Shown in pieces: positions 38,563 through 51,559 of a DNA stretch of 64,000 nucleotides. Each line of letters begins with the position of its first letter. Position 1 is the stretch's first letter. The position numbers and the translations under genes are program-made. The stretch lies in assembly GCA_013239625.1 (NCBI GenBank), contig MU053487.1:434001-498000 (forward strand). The letters are read 5' to 3'. The stretch comes from Lama guanicoe (taxonomy: Eukaryota). Below the pieces are notes generated by a model that made no database searches, was not told the origin of the DNA, and was given only the letters and a program-made list of their open reading frames with translations.

Positions 38563-39913
38563 TAGAACACTCCCTCACACCACACACAAAAATAAACTCA
38601 AAGTGACTTAAAGAATTAAACATAAGACAAGACACTATAAACCTCCCAGAAGAAAACAGCCAAAACATTCTCTGACATAAGTCTTAACAATGTTCTCCTA
38701 GGGCAGTCTACCCAGGGAATAGAAATAAAAGCAAAAATAAACAAATGGGACCTAATTAAACCTATAATCTTTTGCACAGCGGAAACCATAAGCAAAACAA
38801 AATGACAACCTACAGAATGGGAGAAAATATTTGCAAATGATGCCACTAACAAGGGCTTTATTTCCAGAATATGCAAATAGTTCATACAACTCAATAACAA
38901 ACAAACAAACAAAAAACCCAATCCAAAAATGGGCAGAAGACCTAAACAAGCAATCCTCTAATGAAGACATACAAACGGCCAATAGGCACATGAAAAAATG
39001 CTCAATATTGTTAATTGTCAGAAAAATACAAATCAAAACTACAATGAAGTATCACCTCACAAACCTCACACCGAATGGCCATCATTCAAAAGTCCACAAA
39101 CAATAAATGCTGGAGAGGCTGTGGAGAAAAGGGAGCCCTCCTACACTGCTGGTGGGAATGTAGTTCGGTGCAGCCACTGTGGAAAAGAGTATGAAGCTTC
39201 CTTAAAAAACTAAAAATACAGTTATCATATGATCCAGCAATCCCACTCTTAGGCCTATATACAGAGGAAGCTCTAATTTGAAAAGATACATGCACCCCAA
39301 TGTTCACAGCAGCACTATATACAATAGCCAAGACATGGAAACAACCTAAAGGAACACAGACAGATGACTGGATAAAGAAGATGTGAGATATCTATATCTA
39401 CAGCTATATCTAGACACACACACACAATGGAATGCTATTCAGCCATAAAAAAGAATTAAAATAATGCTATTTGCTGCAACATAGATGGACCTGGAGAATA
39501 TCATTCTAAGTGAAGCCAGAAAGAGAAAGAAAAATACCATAGGTTATCACTTATATGTGGAATCTAAAAAAAAGACACAAATGAACTTATTTACAAGACA
39601 GAAACAGACTCACATATATAGAAAACAAACTTGTGGCTACCACGGGGGAAAGGGGGTAGGAAGGGATAAATTGGGAGTTTGAGATTTGCAGATACTAACT
39701 ACTGTATATAAAATAGATAAATAACAAGTTTTTATTGTATAGCACAGGGAACTGTATTCAGTACTTGTAGTAACCTGTAATAAAAAAGAATATGAAAACA
39801 ATATATGTATGTATATTTATGACTGAAACATTATGCTGTACACCAGAAATTGACACAACATTGTAAACTGACTATACTTTAATATAAAATAAAGTAATTA
39901 ATTAATTAATTTA
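38563..39913 (+). mobile_element. Young 5'-truncated L1 (ORF2 end plus 3'UTR)
   Basis: Same family as 5269-6691; TSD aaaagaagc(t/c)gttt at 38549-38562 and 39914-39927. Confidence 0.93.
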
Positions 39914-39999
39914 AAAAGAAGCCGTTTGCTTTACTTTAAAAAAAAGAGATTGGTGTAATTTATCACTTTCTGTATTCTTTTAATTTCAATTTTTTTTGG

Positions 40000-42075
40000 T
40001 GTTGACATTTTATCATTTAGAGTGAAGTACAGAAACCTTACCTTCTTTTTTCTTTACCCACCCCCATTTATAATATAATTGTCTTAAATGTTTCCTCTCC
40101 ATATACTGAGTCACATCAGACTATGCTCCAACAAACAATTTTAAAAACTCAGTAAGTTGATTATATTCATCAATATTCTTACTCTTTTATTATTCCTTCT
40201 TCCTGATGTTCCAGGATTCCTTCTTTTATAATTTTCTCTCTATTTAAAGAACTTCCTTTAGCTTTCCTTTTAGGGTTGGTCTAATGGTGACAAATTCTTT
40301 TAGTTTTTCTTGTTTTCTTCTTTATTCCTGAAGAATATTTTCACTGCATGTAGAATTCTGCATTCACAGTTCTTTTCTTTTAATGCTTCAAATGTTATGT
40401 CACTTCCATTTGGCCTCCATGATTTCTGATGAGAAATCTGAAGTCATTCAAATTATTTTTATTCTACTTACTTGTAGGCATCATTTGTCTTTTTAAGATT
40501 TTTTCTGTCTTTGTTTTCAGAAGTTTGATTATGATGTGTCTTGGAATACATTTGGGTTTATCCTATTTGGGGTTCAATAGCTTCCTGAATTTATGGGTTA
40601 ATGTCTTATGCCAAATTCAGAAAAATTTCAGCCATTATTTCCTTGAACACTTTTTCAGTCTCACGCTCCTTCTCCTCTCTGGAAACACTTGTTATGATCC
40701 CATGGGTCCCTGAGTTTCTCTTCATTTTTTCCCCTTCAGCCTATCTTCTTTCTGTAGTTCAAGTTGGGTACGTTTTATTGATGTAACTTCAAACTCACTG
40801 ATTTATTCTTCCGTCCTCTTCCAACTGCTATTGAGTTCTTCTGGTGAGTTTTTTATACTTTATTATATTTTCAGTTCTAAAATTTTCTTTTGGCTCTTGT
40901 TTATAATTTCCATTCCTTTGCTGAAACTGTCTATTTTTTCATTTGTCTCAAGCATGTTCAAAATGACTCATTGAAACACTTCTTATGATGGCCTCTCTAA
41001 AATCCCTGTAGGATAGTTCCAATGTCTGTGTCATCTTGGACCTGCCATCTGTCTGATTGTCTTTTCTTATTCTAGTTGAGACTGTCCTGATTTGTGGGAA
41101 AAGGGTTTCTTTTTTAAATTAGTTCCAGACATTTTGGTTATTATGTTATAAGACTCTGCATCTTATTTAAATCTTCAGTTTCAGCAGGTTTCCTCTGACA
41201 CCACACCAGTGAAGGAAAGGTGATGTTGCCTTTCACTGCCAGGGGGGAGTGGAGGCCAAGCTCCCCACTTCGTCTCCACTGACACTTTGGAGGATGGAGA
41301 GTTTTTTAACTGGCTGATTACGATGAAAGCCCTGGCTCCTCTGAGCTTCTCTGACACCACTCCAGTGTGGGGAGAGGCAGGGAGGAGGATGCCTCATTCC
41401 AGCGGGGTGAGGATAGAAGTCTAGGCTCCCCAATCAGTCTCTGTTGACAAGGGTAGGGGTGGGGCCTCACTTTTTCCTGAGGCATTTGGCTGCACCAGGC
41501 CCATTATTGTCTAAAAGTTTTCAGTCTTGATAAACTGCCCCTTTCTTGTCCTTTGGCTAGAAAGAATGGGTTTTTCTTGGACTTTTTTTTTTTTAATCTA
41601 AATTTGTTGGCATTTCTAGGTTGTTAGCTTCTCCAGGATCCAGCTGAGAATATGAGAGAAAAAGAAAACCTAGGGAACTCAATGTACATCAGTCTTTGGG
41701 TCCTGAGGTCCCTGGCCATTCTGTTTTTTTGCTTAACCTTTCAGTCTTTTCTTTATTTGTTGTTTTTAAAAATTCCCCCCCCCCATATTTACCAGGTTTT
41801 TTTTGTTTTTGTTTTAAACATTTTTTTATTGAGTGATAGTCATTTTACAATGTTGTGTCAAATTCCAGTGCAGAGCACAATTTTTCAGTTATACATGAAC
41901 ATACATACATTCATTGTTACATTCTCTTTCACTGTGAGCCACCACAAGATCCTGTATATATTTCCCTGTGCTACACAGTTCTTTGTTTTAAATATAACGT
42001 TCAGGGTTTTTAGTTGTCCTTAGTGGAAGGAGTAAGGAGAAGTGTGTCTATTCTATCTTGCCCAAAACCAGAAGT
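40000..42075 (-). mobile_element. Old L1M 5'/ORF1 region
   Basis: Reverse-strand motifs 'tggcctccatgatttctgatgagaaatctg', 'gaagtttgattatgatgtgtcttgg', 'ttcagttctaaaatttt'. Confidence 0.7.
41819..41981 (-). mobile_element. Short young L1 3' tail nested in the old L1M
   Basis: Reverse L1 3'UTR end; TSD tttgttttaaa at 41808-41818 and 41982-41992. Confidence 0.88.
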
Positions 42076-42119
42076 TTCTTTAGTTTACTTTTCATACCTA
42101 AAGACTCAGTTGGGAGTCT

Positions 42120-42345
42120 TATCACTTGTATTTAAATCCCAACTGTGCCATCTTGGATAATTCTTTAAGTCTTTGTTTCCCTCTCCCTAAAATGAGGATT
42201 ATACAAGCATTTGCCTCATGGGATTGTAGTGAGGATTGAATATATATTTGTATACATACATACATACATATGTGAATATATATATATTTATATATACATA
42301 AAATCGGCAGGCACATATCAAGTGCTCAATAAAGCACTGAGCTTC
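42120..42345 (+). mobile_element. MIR with an internal TA-rich simple repeat
   Basis: 'ttaaatcccaactgtgcca...gtttccctctccctaaaatgagg...ggcacatatcaagtgctcaataaa'. Confidence 0.75.
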
Positions 42346-42731
42346 TATTGTTTACAATGGCATAAAATAAACATCTACTGGATAGACTGTCCCAACCCAT
42401 GGGTTAGCAGGCTGTAGCTTCCCTTTTCGATGTTTTGTGCTATCTGGTATATTCCAGGAGAAGGTATCTCAGGTCCACTCCTGAATTAACCTACACTTGA
42501 ACTCAATCTCTCTATTGCACAGCACCTTAAGGTCTCAATCCTCAGCGTCAAAATCAGGCCCTTTTCTGCTGGTCACCATCTCCTATATCATAACTGCTCC
42601 AGGTAGCTGCCACCCTCCACTGCCTCATGTGTTCACAGAGGTCTCTCCTTAGTTTATCCCCAAACACCTCATATATCAGGCTTACCAAAAGTTTTAACAC
42701 ATGTTGAGTATTAGCACAGAGAAAATGGAAC

Positions 42732-42868
42732 TTTAAAAAAAAATGGGGTGTGTGTGTGTAATTAGGTTTATTTATTTATTTTTTTGATGGAGGTCCTAGG
42801 GATGGAACCCAGGACCTCATGCATGCTAAATACATGCTCTACCACTGAGTTGTACACACCTCCTACCA
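42732..42868 (-). mobile_element. tRNA-Ala-derived SINE (Vic-1-like)
   Basis: Reverse-complement body; TSD agaaaatggaac at 42720-42731 and 42869-42880. Confidence 0.92.
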
Positions 42869-43169
42869 AGAAAATGGAACATTAAAACTTTAACCTTTAT
42901 CAATATAAATGGCCATACTACAAAATCTTCATTATTTTGTATCAACTAAAGGCTCCTGAAAGGGTCTTTATAGCTCTTACAACCTATAAAGCAAATAGGC
43001 AAAAATTACAGCTATAATTTTTAAAACAACAGTATCTTCTCTTGTCCCTAAAACACTAGGAATAATGATCCTACACACTTTTTACAACAAAGGAGTATTA
43101 AAACCATCTTTAAAAATGATATTTTCCCCTGTGTCTCTCCAACAAGAATTCAAGCATCTTAAGGCATAA

Positions 43170-45440
43170 TTAGATAGCTCTAATTTACATAACTCAATAC
43201 TCTCCAAATAAAGATACATCTTTTTTTAATGTGTCCAAGAAATAGTCACAAAATGTGGTTGTAAGTCAATAAATTTCAAAAGTAGTAATAATACAGGGAG
43301 CATTAGCTTTTAACAGTATTATTTGTGTCTAATGCAGTTAAATTAGAAATTAATAACAAGACTACACCAGCAAATCATAAACATTTTTTGGATCAAAGAG
43401 GAAATTGAAACTGAGACATTTTTTGGATCAAAAAGGAAACTGAAACTGAAATTGAAGCTGGATTTCAAATAGAAAAACATCTGAGACACCTACAAGGCAG
43501 TGCTTAGAGGAAAATGCAAAGTACTAATGCCTACATTAATAAAAAAAATCAAGACTGACAGTAAAATAATTAAGTATTCAAATCAAGAAATTAGAAAAAC
43601 ACAAGAAAAGAATCCTAGTGATATAAAAATTAACAAATTGAAAATAAAAGTAGAAATTAAAAATTTTTTAAAAGGTGAAAGATCTGAGAAATAAATCAAA
43701 AACAATTATTCAAAAAATAAAGGAAGCTTAATAAACCATATTTTAATTTAGCTGATATAAAAATAATGAAATAATAAATACGTAAAATAATGTATATGAG
43801 AGAATTAAATAAAGATACACTAGAAATTGAAAGATTCAAGAGAGACTACCTTGTATATCGCTAAAAAATAAACTTGAGAACTCTCAGGGAGAATGAGAGA
43901 TTGCCAAAACTGACCTTAGAATGGATAGAAAATATAAATAGACTGATTACTACAGAAAAAATTGGGAAAAATACTAAAGAGTTACTCCCCCAAAACCACC
44001 CTCCCACAAACACTGTCACTGAAAACTTGTACCAAACCTTTAAGAAATAATGATTCTGTGCTTCTATATTTAAAGCATGGAAGGAAAAGACTTCTAAATT
44101 TTTAATGAAGTGAATATAGCCACAAATATCAAATAATAAAACTTATGAATATGTATATAAAAATCCAAAATTGCATATTAGCAAACAATTAAGGAGTACA
44201 TTACAAGAATAATACAACTTCACTAAATGGTATTTACTCCAGGAATGGAAGTATTTTTCAATAATTCAGCATTCACTAGAGAAAAATTGGGACAATCATA
44301 TCATTTCCACAAGTGCTAAAAAGCATTTGATGAAATCCAACATTTATTTTTTTATAATAGCTATTAATAGGAGGACTAATAAGATGGATTATTTAATAAA
44401 TCATATTGAGATATCTGGCTATTTACCTGAAAAAAAAAGAACTGGATTATTGCCTTTCAATTTACACAGAAGAAAATTACAGACGCATTAGATTAAATGT
44501 ACAAAAAAAAGGTAAACTCACAAAAGTAGTAGGAAAAAAATGTGGGAAAATTTCCAAAATAATTTTGAAGCAGGGAAGAGCTTGTCCAGTACTAAACAAA
44601 AATCAAGAACCAAGAGGGGAGTATAACTCAGTGGTAGGGTGCACTGGATCTACCATGCACAGGGTCCTGGGTTCAATCTCCAGCACCTCCATAAACAAAT
44701 AATTAAATAAACCTAATTACCTCCCCTGCCAAAAGAAATTTTTAAAAAAATCAAGAACCATAAAACAACAGATTTATATATTCAACTACCTAAAAACAAC
44801 AACAACAAAGAATTCTGCATAGCACTGAAAGTTCATAAACAAAGGAAAAGGATAGATAATAAATTTGGAAAAATATTCATATTTCAGAGTTAATTTCCCT
44901 AATATATAGACTGCCTACAAATGACTAATAAACAGCAGAATCCAATGCAAAAATGGAAAAGAAAAGGAAATACGAGTGGCTCTTAATGTATAAGTACATG
45001 CATAATCTCACTCATCATGAAAGATACCATTTTTTACGTATCAGATTGGCAAATAGAAAACATATGGTGACACATCATGCTGGTGAGGACTGGAGAAACA
45101 GTCATTCTGTATGTTTTCAGTGGTAGTGAAAACTGATTTAACTTCTGTGGAAAGCACTTCAGAATCATCTGCCAAAATACAAGTGCACGTACACTTTGAC
45201 CTAGAAATTCCACTAATAGGAATTTATCCTACAAAAGTATTTGTAATTTATATTTCACATAAACAAGGATTCACTCTAGCATTGCTGTATATATTTGTTT
45301 TATTTATATATTTCTATTTCTATTTCTATTTCTATTTCTGTTAGTTTACCCAAGACACTGGCAATCCTGGCTACCTCTTATGAGTGAACTCGGTGCCTGA
45401 AGGAAAGATGCAGGAAGGAAGCTTACTTTTCACTCTATAT
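43170..45440 (+). mobile_element. Old degenerate L1 ORF2-to-3' region (L1ME-like)
   Basis: A-rich; motifs 'gcagtgcttagaggaaaatg', 'tatttactccaggaatg', 'aaaagcatttgatgaaatccaacat', 'tttgacctagaaattccactaataggaatttatcct'. Confidence 0.75.
44613..44745 (+). mobile_element. tRNA-Ala-derived SINE (Vic-1-like) inserted in the old L1
   Basis: SINE body; flanking duplication aaaaatcaagaacca on both sides. Confidence 0.9.
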
Positions 45441-45444
45441 TCAT

Positions 45445-45825
45445 GTCTCATGTCAGGTTCCCTAGACACAGAGCCTGAGACAGGGATTCTTGTATATATG
45501 CTTTCAGGGAAAAGGGCATATGGTAAGCAGGATAGGGCAGGGATCAAAAGCTAAGCAAGGATATGTCTTACCTGGAGTCTAGCTTCTTTCTGCCTGATAC
45601 CTTGAGGAGCTCTGGAGTGTGAACTTGAGACAAAGGGTCCAGGCTTTCATGTCCTTCTGAGTCAGTCATTGGCTGTGAGCAGGAGGGGAGAGTATCCTCT
45701 CAGGGGAAGTGGCTCCTATTGGCCAAAGGCAGTTCTCTAGAGAAGGAGGCAGCACTGAGCAATCCTTCCAGCAGCCAAGGAACTAGATCAGAACAAGAGA
45801 TCTAGGACCAATAGGTGTCTACTAC
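45445..45825 (-). mobile_element. ERVL LTR (LTR16-like)
   Basis: 'ggttccctagacacagagcctgagacagggattcttg...ggagctctggagtgtgaac' is the reverse complement of the LTR type at 52655-53776. Confidence 0.65.
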
Positions 45826-46594
45826 AAACTCATGGCACTGTCTGAAATTTGTAGAGTATGTATTTACCTCTTCCAAAAAAAAATCAATTAAAAAAACCAA
45901 TCTTACAGAATGGTCTCTTTTTGTGGTTCGTCTAGATTCTAAATTCAGCATGAATGCCAACATTTAAACAGTAAAAATTTAGGCTTAGAAATCCCTAGCA
46001 AGGCTCCAATTTGGGACAAACATGTTAGTCAATTTTTCCACCAGTATTGGGACAGATTGTGTTTTTTTGGACGAGAACCGCATGAATAGTTGGCTTGCAT
46101 TTAGGTGACCTTCTGTTTGAGAAATCCACAAGTTTAAACACTGGACTTGTATTCATTGAGGAGAGTCCCCAGAATACAAAAATGAACTGAGGGTGGAGTA
46201 GATTTTTATCTCCTTTCCCAGGCTCACTCCAGGACTGCATGGTAGAGAGATCAAACTTATCATTTGTCTCTATCCGTTATGTTTCCATACCGGATGTAGT
46301 TATGAACATATATATGTTGTACAGAAAAAATTATCCAGAAATTGGACAAAAGGCAAAAAGACAATTAGGTGAGCTTTTAATATCATATTAGAGCATTTTC
46401 TTGTAGACTCACCTGAGGATCATATCTTTCAGGAAAGGTAACTTTGGCTAGCAATTGATCAGAGCCTAGATCTCTCACAACTCTGTAAAGTTAGAAGTTA
46501 ACTTGTAAAAACTGGTAAGGTCTGAGTTTTTCCCCCTAATCTGGTAGAGAAGATAACCTAAAGGCTGTGGGTTTACTGCCCTGTAGGAGATGCT

Positions 46595-46800
46595 TATTCT
46601 TTTGTGTTTGGCTTATAAAGTTTTCAAGTTTTATCCATGTTGTAGCATGTATCAGAGTTTCATTCCTTTTTAAGGCTGAGTAACATTCCACTGTATATGT
46701 GTGTGTGTGTGTGTATGTGTGTATGTGTGTATGTATATATACACACACACATCACATTTTGTTTTGTCCAAAAGGAGGACATATTTTTGTGGACATTTTA
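46595..46800 (-). mobile_element. L1M 3' fragment containing a (TG)n/(TA)n/(CA)n microsatellite
   Basis: 'atccatgttgtagcatgtatcagagtttcattcctttttaaggctgagtaacattccactg'. Confidence 0.75.
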
Positions 46801-46887
46801 TTCTTCAATTTGCCTATGAAGCAGTTATTTAGTGCTATATAAAAAAACCTACCCCATAACTAAGTATATTAAAATAACAACTCTTTT

Positions 46888-47893
46888 GCTGGAGAGGATG
46901 TGGAGAAAAAGGAACCCTCCTACACTGTTGGTGGGAATGTAGACTAGTGCGGCCACTAGGGAGAACAGTATGGAGGTTCCTTTAAAAGCTAAAATAGACT
47001 TACCTTATGATCCAGCAATCCCACTGTTGGGCATTTATCCGGAGAAAATTCTAATCCAAAAAGACACATGGGAATCTAAAAAAAAAAAAGTAGACACAGA
47101 TGAACTTATTTACAAGATAGAAACAGACACAGAAAACAAACTTATGGTTACCAGTAGGGAAAGGGGGTGAGAAGGGATAAATTGGGAGTTCAAGATTTGT
47201 AGATACAAGCTACTAAATATAAAATAGATAAACAAGTTTCTACTGTATAGCACAGGGAATTATATTCAATATCTTGTAGTAACCTATAATGAAAATGAAA
47301 AAGAATATGAAAAGGAATATATGTATGTACATGTATGACTGAAACATTATGCTGTATACCAGAAATTGATGCACCATTGTAAACTGATGATACTTCAATA
47401 AATTTTAAAAGATAAATAAAAAGACACATGCACCCCAATGTTCATAGCATCACTTTTTACAATAGCCAAGATATGGAAGCAACCTAAATGCTCATTGACA
47501 GATGAATGGATAAAGATGTGGAAAATAAATATGCAATGGAACGCTTCTTAGCCATAAAAAGGAATGAAATAATGTCAATTACAGCAACATGGAAGAACCT
47601 ACTAAATGAAGTAAGTCATTCAGAGAAAGATAAACATAATATATCACTAATATGTGGAATTTGAAAAAAATGACACAAACGAACTTATTTATAAAACAGA
47701 AAGAGACTCATAGACATAGAAAACAAACATGGTTACTGAGGGGAGAGTGGGGAGGGAGGGATATATTGGGACTTTGGGATTGGCAGATACAAATTACTAC
47801 GTACAGAATAGATAAACAACAAGGTCCTACTGCATAGCACAGGGAACTATATTCAATGGTTTGTAGTAATCTGTAATGAAAAAGAATATGAAA
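46888..47893 (+). mobile_element. Young L1 3' portion (host), lacking its terminal tail
   Basis: 'tgctggagaggatgtggagaaaaaggaaccctcc...[12 protein letters not shown]...' resuming at 47431 after the nested insert. Confidence 0.88.
47071..47417 (+). mobile_element. L1 3'UTR insertion nested in the host L1
   Basis: Complete 3'UTR end plus A-rich tail; TSD aaaaagacacatg at 47058-47070 and 47418-47430. Confidence 0.9.
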
Positions 47894-47896
47894 ACG

Positions 47897-48780
47897 ACAC
47901 TGGGACATCCACATGCAAAAGAATGCAGTTGGATCCTATCTCACATCACATACAAAAATTAACTTGAAATGGATCAAAGACCTAAATGTAAGAGCTAAAA
48001 CTATAATACTGTCAGGAGAAAATATAGTTGCATATTTTCATAGCCTCAGATTGGGAAATAGATTCTTAGATATGATACGAAAAGCAGGATCAACAAAAGA
48101 AAAAATGGATAAATTGGATTTCATGAAAATTAAAAGCTTCAAGTGTCATGCTTCAAATGATACTATGTAAAAAGTGAAAAGACAATCCACAGAGTGGGAG
48201 AATATGTTTGCAAATCATATATATATAATTAGGAGTTTATATCTAGAATATATAAATAACTCTTAAAACTCAATAATAAAGATATAATAACCCAATTTTT
48301 TAAACGGGCAAAGGATCTGAACAGACATTTCTCCAACGAAGATATATAAATGGCCGATAAATGCATAAAAAGATACTCAACATAATTAGTCATCAGGGAA
48401 ACACAAATTGAAACCACAAGCTACTACTTCATACCCACTAGGATGGTATAATAAAAAAGTCAGATAGTAACACGTTGGTGACAGAAACTAGTCACAAAAG
48501 ATCACAGACTGTATGATGGCATTTATACAAAATGTCTAGAAGAGGCAAATCTACAGAGACAAGAAGTAGATTATTGTTTGGACTGGGAGGAATGGCTGGA
48601 TAGGGAGATCATAGCTTAAAGGTACAGAGTTTCTTTGGGGTGGGGGTGATAAAAATGTTCTAAAATTAACTGTTATGATGGTCGCATATATCTGTTAAAC
48701 ATATTAAAAACCACTGAATTGTACACTTTAAATATGTGACTTATATGGTATTTCAATTATGTATCAATAAAGCTGTTATC
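47897..48780 (+). mobile_element. L1MB-like ORF2 end plus 3'UTR with an internal deletion near 48481
   Basis: Peptide YLTSHTKINLKWIKDLNVRAKTI; ends 'tatgtatcaataaagctgtt'. Confidence 0.85.
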
Positions 48781-48920
48781 TTTAAAAGCTCATATATTGT
48801 ATGATTCCAAGTATATGAAATGTCCTGTAGGCAAATATGTAGAGATGGAAAGTACATTAATGGATTAAAGTGATCAAGAGAAGACGGAGGACCAGGAATG
48901 ACTCTTGCAAGGTATAGAGT

Positions 48921-49070
48921 TTCTTTTTTTTTTTTGGTGGTGGGGAGGTCATTTAGATCTATTTATTTATTTATTATTAATTAGTTGGGTTTTTTTAATG
49001 GAGGTACTAGGGATTGAATCTAAGACCTTGTGCATGCTAGGCAGACAGTCTACCACTGAGCTATCCCCTC
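48921..49070 (-). mobile_element. tRNA-Ala-derived SINE (Vic-1-like)
   Basis: 'atggaggtactagggattgaatctaagaccttgtgcatgctaggcagacagtctaccactgagctatcccctc'. Confidence 0.9.
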
Positions 49071-50859
49071 TACCTTTGCTTTCAATAAATATCTATAAAA
49101 TATAAATGCAGTGAACGTTGCACAGGGACTTAACATGTATTTTACATATTCGGTTGTGCACCATGGTTGGATATCATAGGCTGAATGTTTGCAAAATAGG
49201 GCTCTACTGTAACCAAGTTAGATTCAAATCCATAAACAGATTGGCAAAATATCTATTTATTAAGAGGAAAACTGCATCCTACAGAAAAGAGCCAAGTCCA
49301 TAATTCTGTAATTGAAAGCACTATTTAGAGAAGAGAAAGAAGTTTTAATGATCAGGAAACATGAAAAAAGTGTAAAATTTGTTTGTCTCAAAATACCCAA
49401 GCCTGGACATATTTCACAAAGTTTCCACCAGAAACTGGGTTACAGAGCTGAAAATTAATGCAGTTGAGCCCTAGTTTATAAAAATGAGGCAAATCTCAGT
49501 TCTCATTCATTATCTGTTATAAACAGTGTCTTAGTGTGATTCTCCACGCTCAGTCTGGGGTAGTCTGAAACTGGTAGTGTGTCCCCTGGACTCCTCTAGC
49601 TTGTCCATCTAGGTATCTTCCCAGGACTGCACTCTTCATGTGACCTGTCATTCACTCCTTTCCTACCACTCCTCCTGGGCAACCTGATCAACAGCACCAG
49701 GATAATGGAAAGTAAAGACTTCTGCACATCTAGTGATTAAGTGCATTTATTTTAAGCACGGCCATCTCATAACGGAATGAACCTCTCTAATGAGGGAAAT
49801 CTCAGGCAAGAGAAAAAGCTGGTATATTTTGGTCAGGATTACCTCTAGGGTGCCCCTCAAATACTGTTGTGAGTCTTGCCCTGTAAGGCAGGCTCCTCTG
49901 AGTCTGGCTTTTTTCCCATGTGCTGCAAAGAAGCTAAGAGTAGGTTACCCCACCAGGCCCACCAAAGTGTGTGCCTGATCTTCCCAACCAGCCCTTTATC
50001 ACTCCCTTCCAGGAGAGACCCCCACCCCCACCCCTCAGACACCGGAAGGATTCTGCTTAAGTTTCCTCAAGGAGTCTTCAGAAACAATGTTGGTCTCTCT
50101 GTTGGGGGCAGGAATTTGTTCTTAAGGATAGCTCAGTGGACGATTCCTCTTGTCAGTAATAATTTTGTTACTTTCGGTATGTTTCTGGACTTGGGCTCCC
50201 CCTTGTGGTTCATAGGATACAGCTGTGACATAGAAGATATAGGAAATTACATTTGCATTTTTGCGGTTGCAAAGATTACTTAGACCCTGGTAGAAAAATG
50301 ATTACAGCTGAAGGAATCAATAATTTTTAAGGAAACGTTGTAAAGACCTACGTTAATTTACTTAATCCAGAATTATACATGCATAAAGACCCAATGTATA
50401 AGAAATTATACCACCTGAATAAAGAAAATCTGGCTTATTCTTCCTTCCAAAAATAATTATCCGCATTCATTGAGTGCCTACTATGTTCCAGGTACTGCTA
50501 CACACATTGTATGTAAAGAACTAGGTAACTTTTTATTATGGGAAATTTCAAACTTAAGAAACGTTCATAAAAGAATCTCTATGCATGCATTACCCAGCTC
50601 ACTCACTGTAAATCATTATCATCAACATTTCACCATTTTGCCAAATTTGTTTTATTTATCATTCTTCTCCCCTATTTTTTCCCTGGAGTATCTAAAATAA
50701 ATTCCAGATGTCTTATAACTCAGTCATACATAACTTAAGTATGATCTTAACTTTAAAAATATATTAGCTTATATTTTAGTCTTCAAGAGCGAATACAGTT
50801 ACTACTCCCATTTTACATATGTATAAACTGAGGTTACTGAGTGATTCAAACCCTGGAGT

Positions 50860-51331
50860 CTGACTGCCAGCCTCCAAGATGGCCCCCGACCCCTGCCTCC
50901 TGGTATCAGTATCCTGTGTAGCACCCTCACATGTGATAACCAGGGTTGGTCTGGAGACTAATGGCATATGGCAGAAGAGATGCAATGTCTCTTCTGAGAT
51001 TGGATTCTGGCTTCTGTCTTGGGTGCCTCTCCCTTTTTTGGATCATTCACCAGCAGCCCGGTGGAGAGCCCCACCCAGTAAGGAATGCAGGCCTCTGGCC
51101 AACAGCCAGCCAGGAGCTCAGGTTTGCGCACACACCCCTGTTTGAGCCTTGAAATGACTGTAGCCAGGGCTAACAGTTTGACTGCAGCCTCATGACAGAC
51201 CCCGAGCCAGGATCGCCCATCTGAGCCACTCCCAGATTTCTGGCCCACAGAAATTGTGAGATAATAAATATTTGTTGTTTAAGCTGCTGTATGTCGGGGT
51301 AACCTGTTATCTAGCAATAGAGTACTAACAC
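50860..51331 (+). mobile_element. MaLR LTR (MLT1F/E-like)
   Basis: 'cagcctccaagatggccccc...actcccagatttctggcccacagaaattgtgagataataaat...agcaatagagtactaaca'. Confidence 0.82.
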
Positions 51332-51559
51332 AGCCTGTATTCTCCACCACTGTTGGACTCTGCCCCCAAATACAAGCCTGTGATAGCTTTTGCTTTGCCG
51401 CTACTATGATACTTAAAGACAATGCTGAGGCAGCACAATAAACAGGGTAAATTTAGGGAGATTAATAACACACGTTCATTTCACTGTTACTCTAATCTGT
51501 GCGTGGTGAATATGGCAACTCTTTAATAAAAGGGCTAATTAATTAAACCAAATATCCCA

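Noticed and set aside
46595..48490. Idea that the minus-strand L1 piece at 46.6-46.8 kb is the inverted missing part of the L1MB at 47897-48780
   Set aside because: The two pieces overlap in consensus position ('cacaaaag' region), so they are more likely separate insertions.
49876..50283. 135-aa plus-strand ORF
   Set aside because: Non-ATG start, no recognisable domain and no supporting splice structure.
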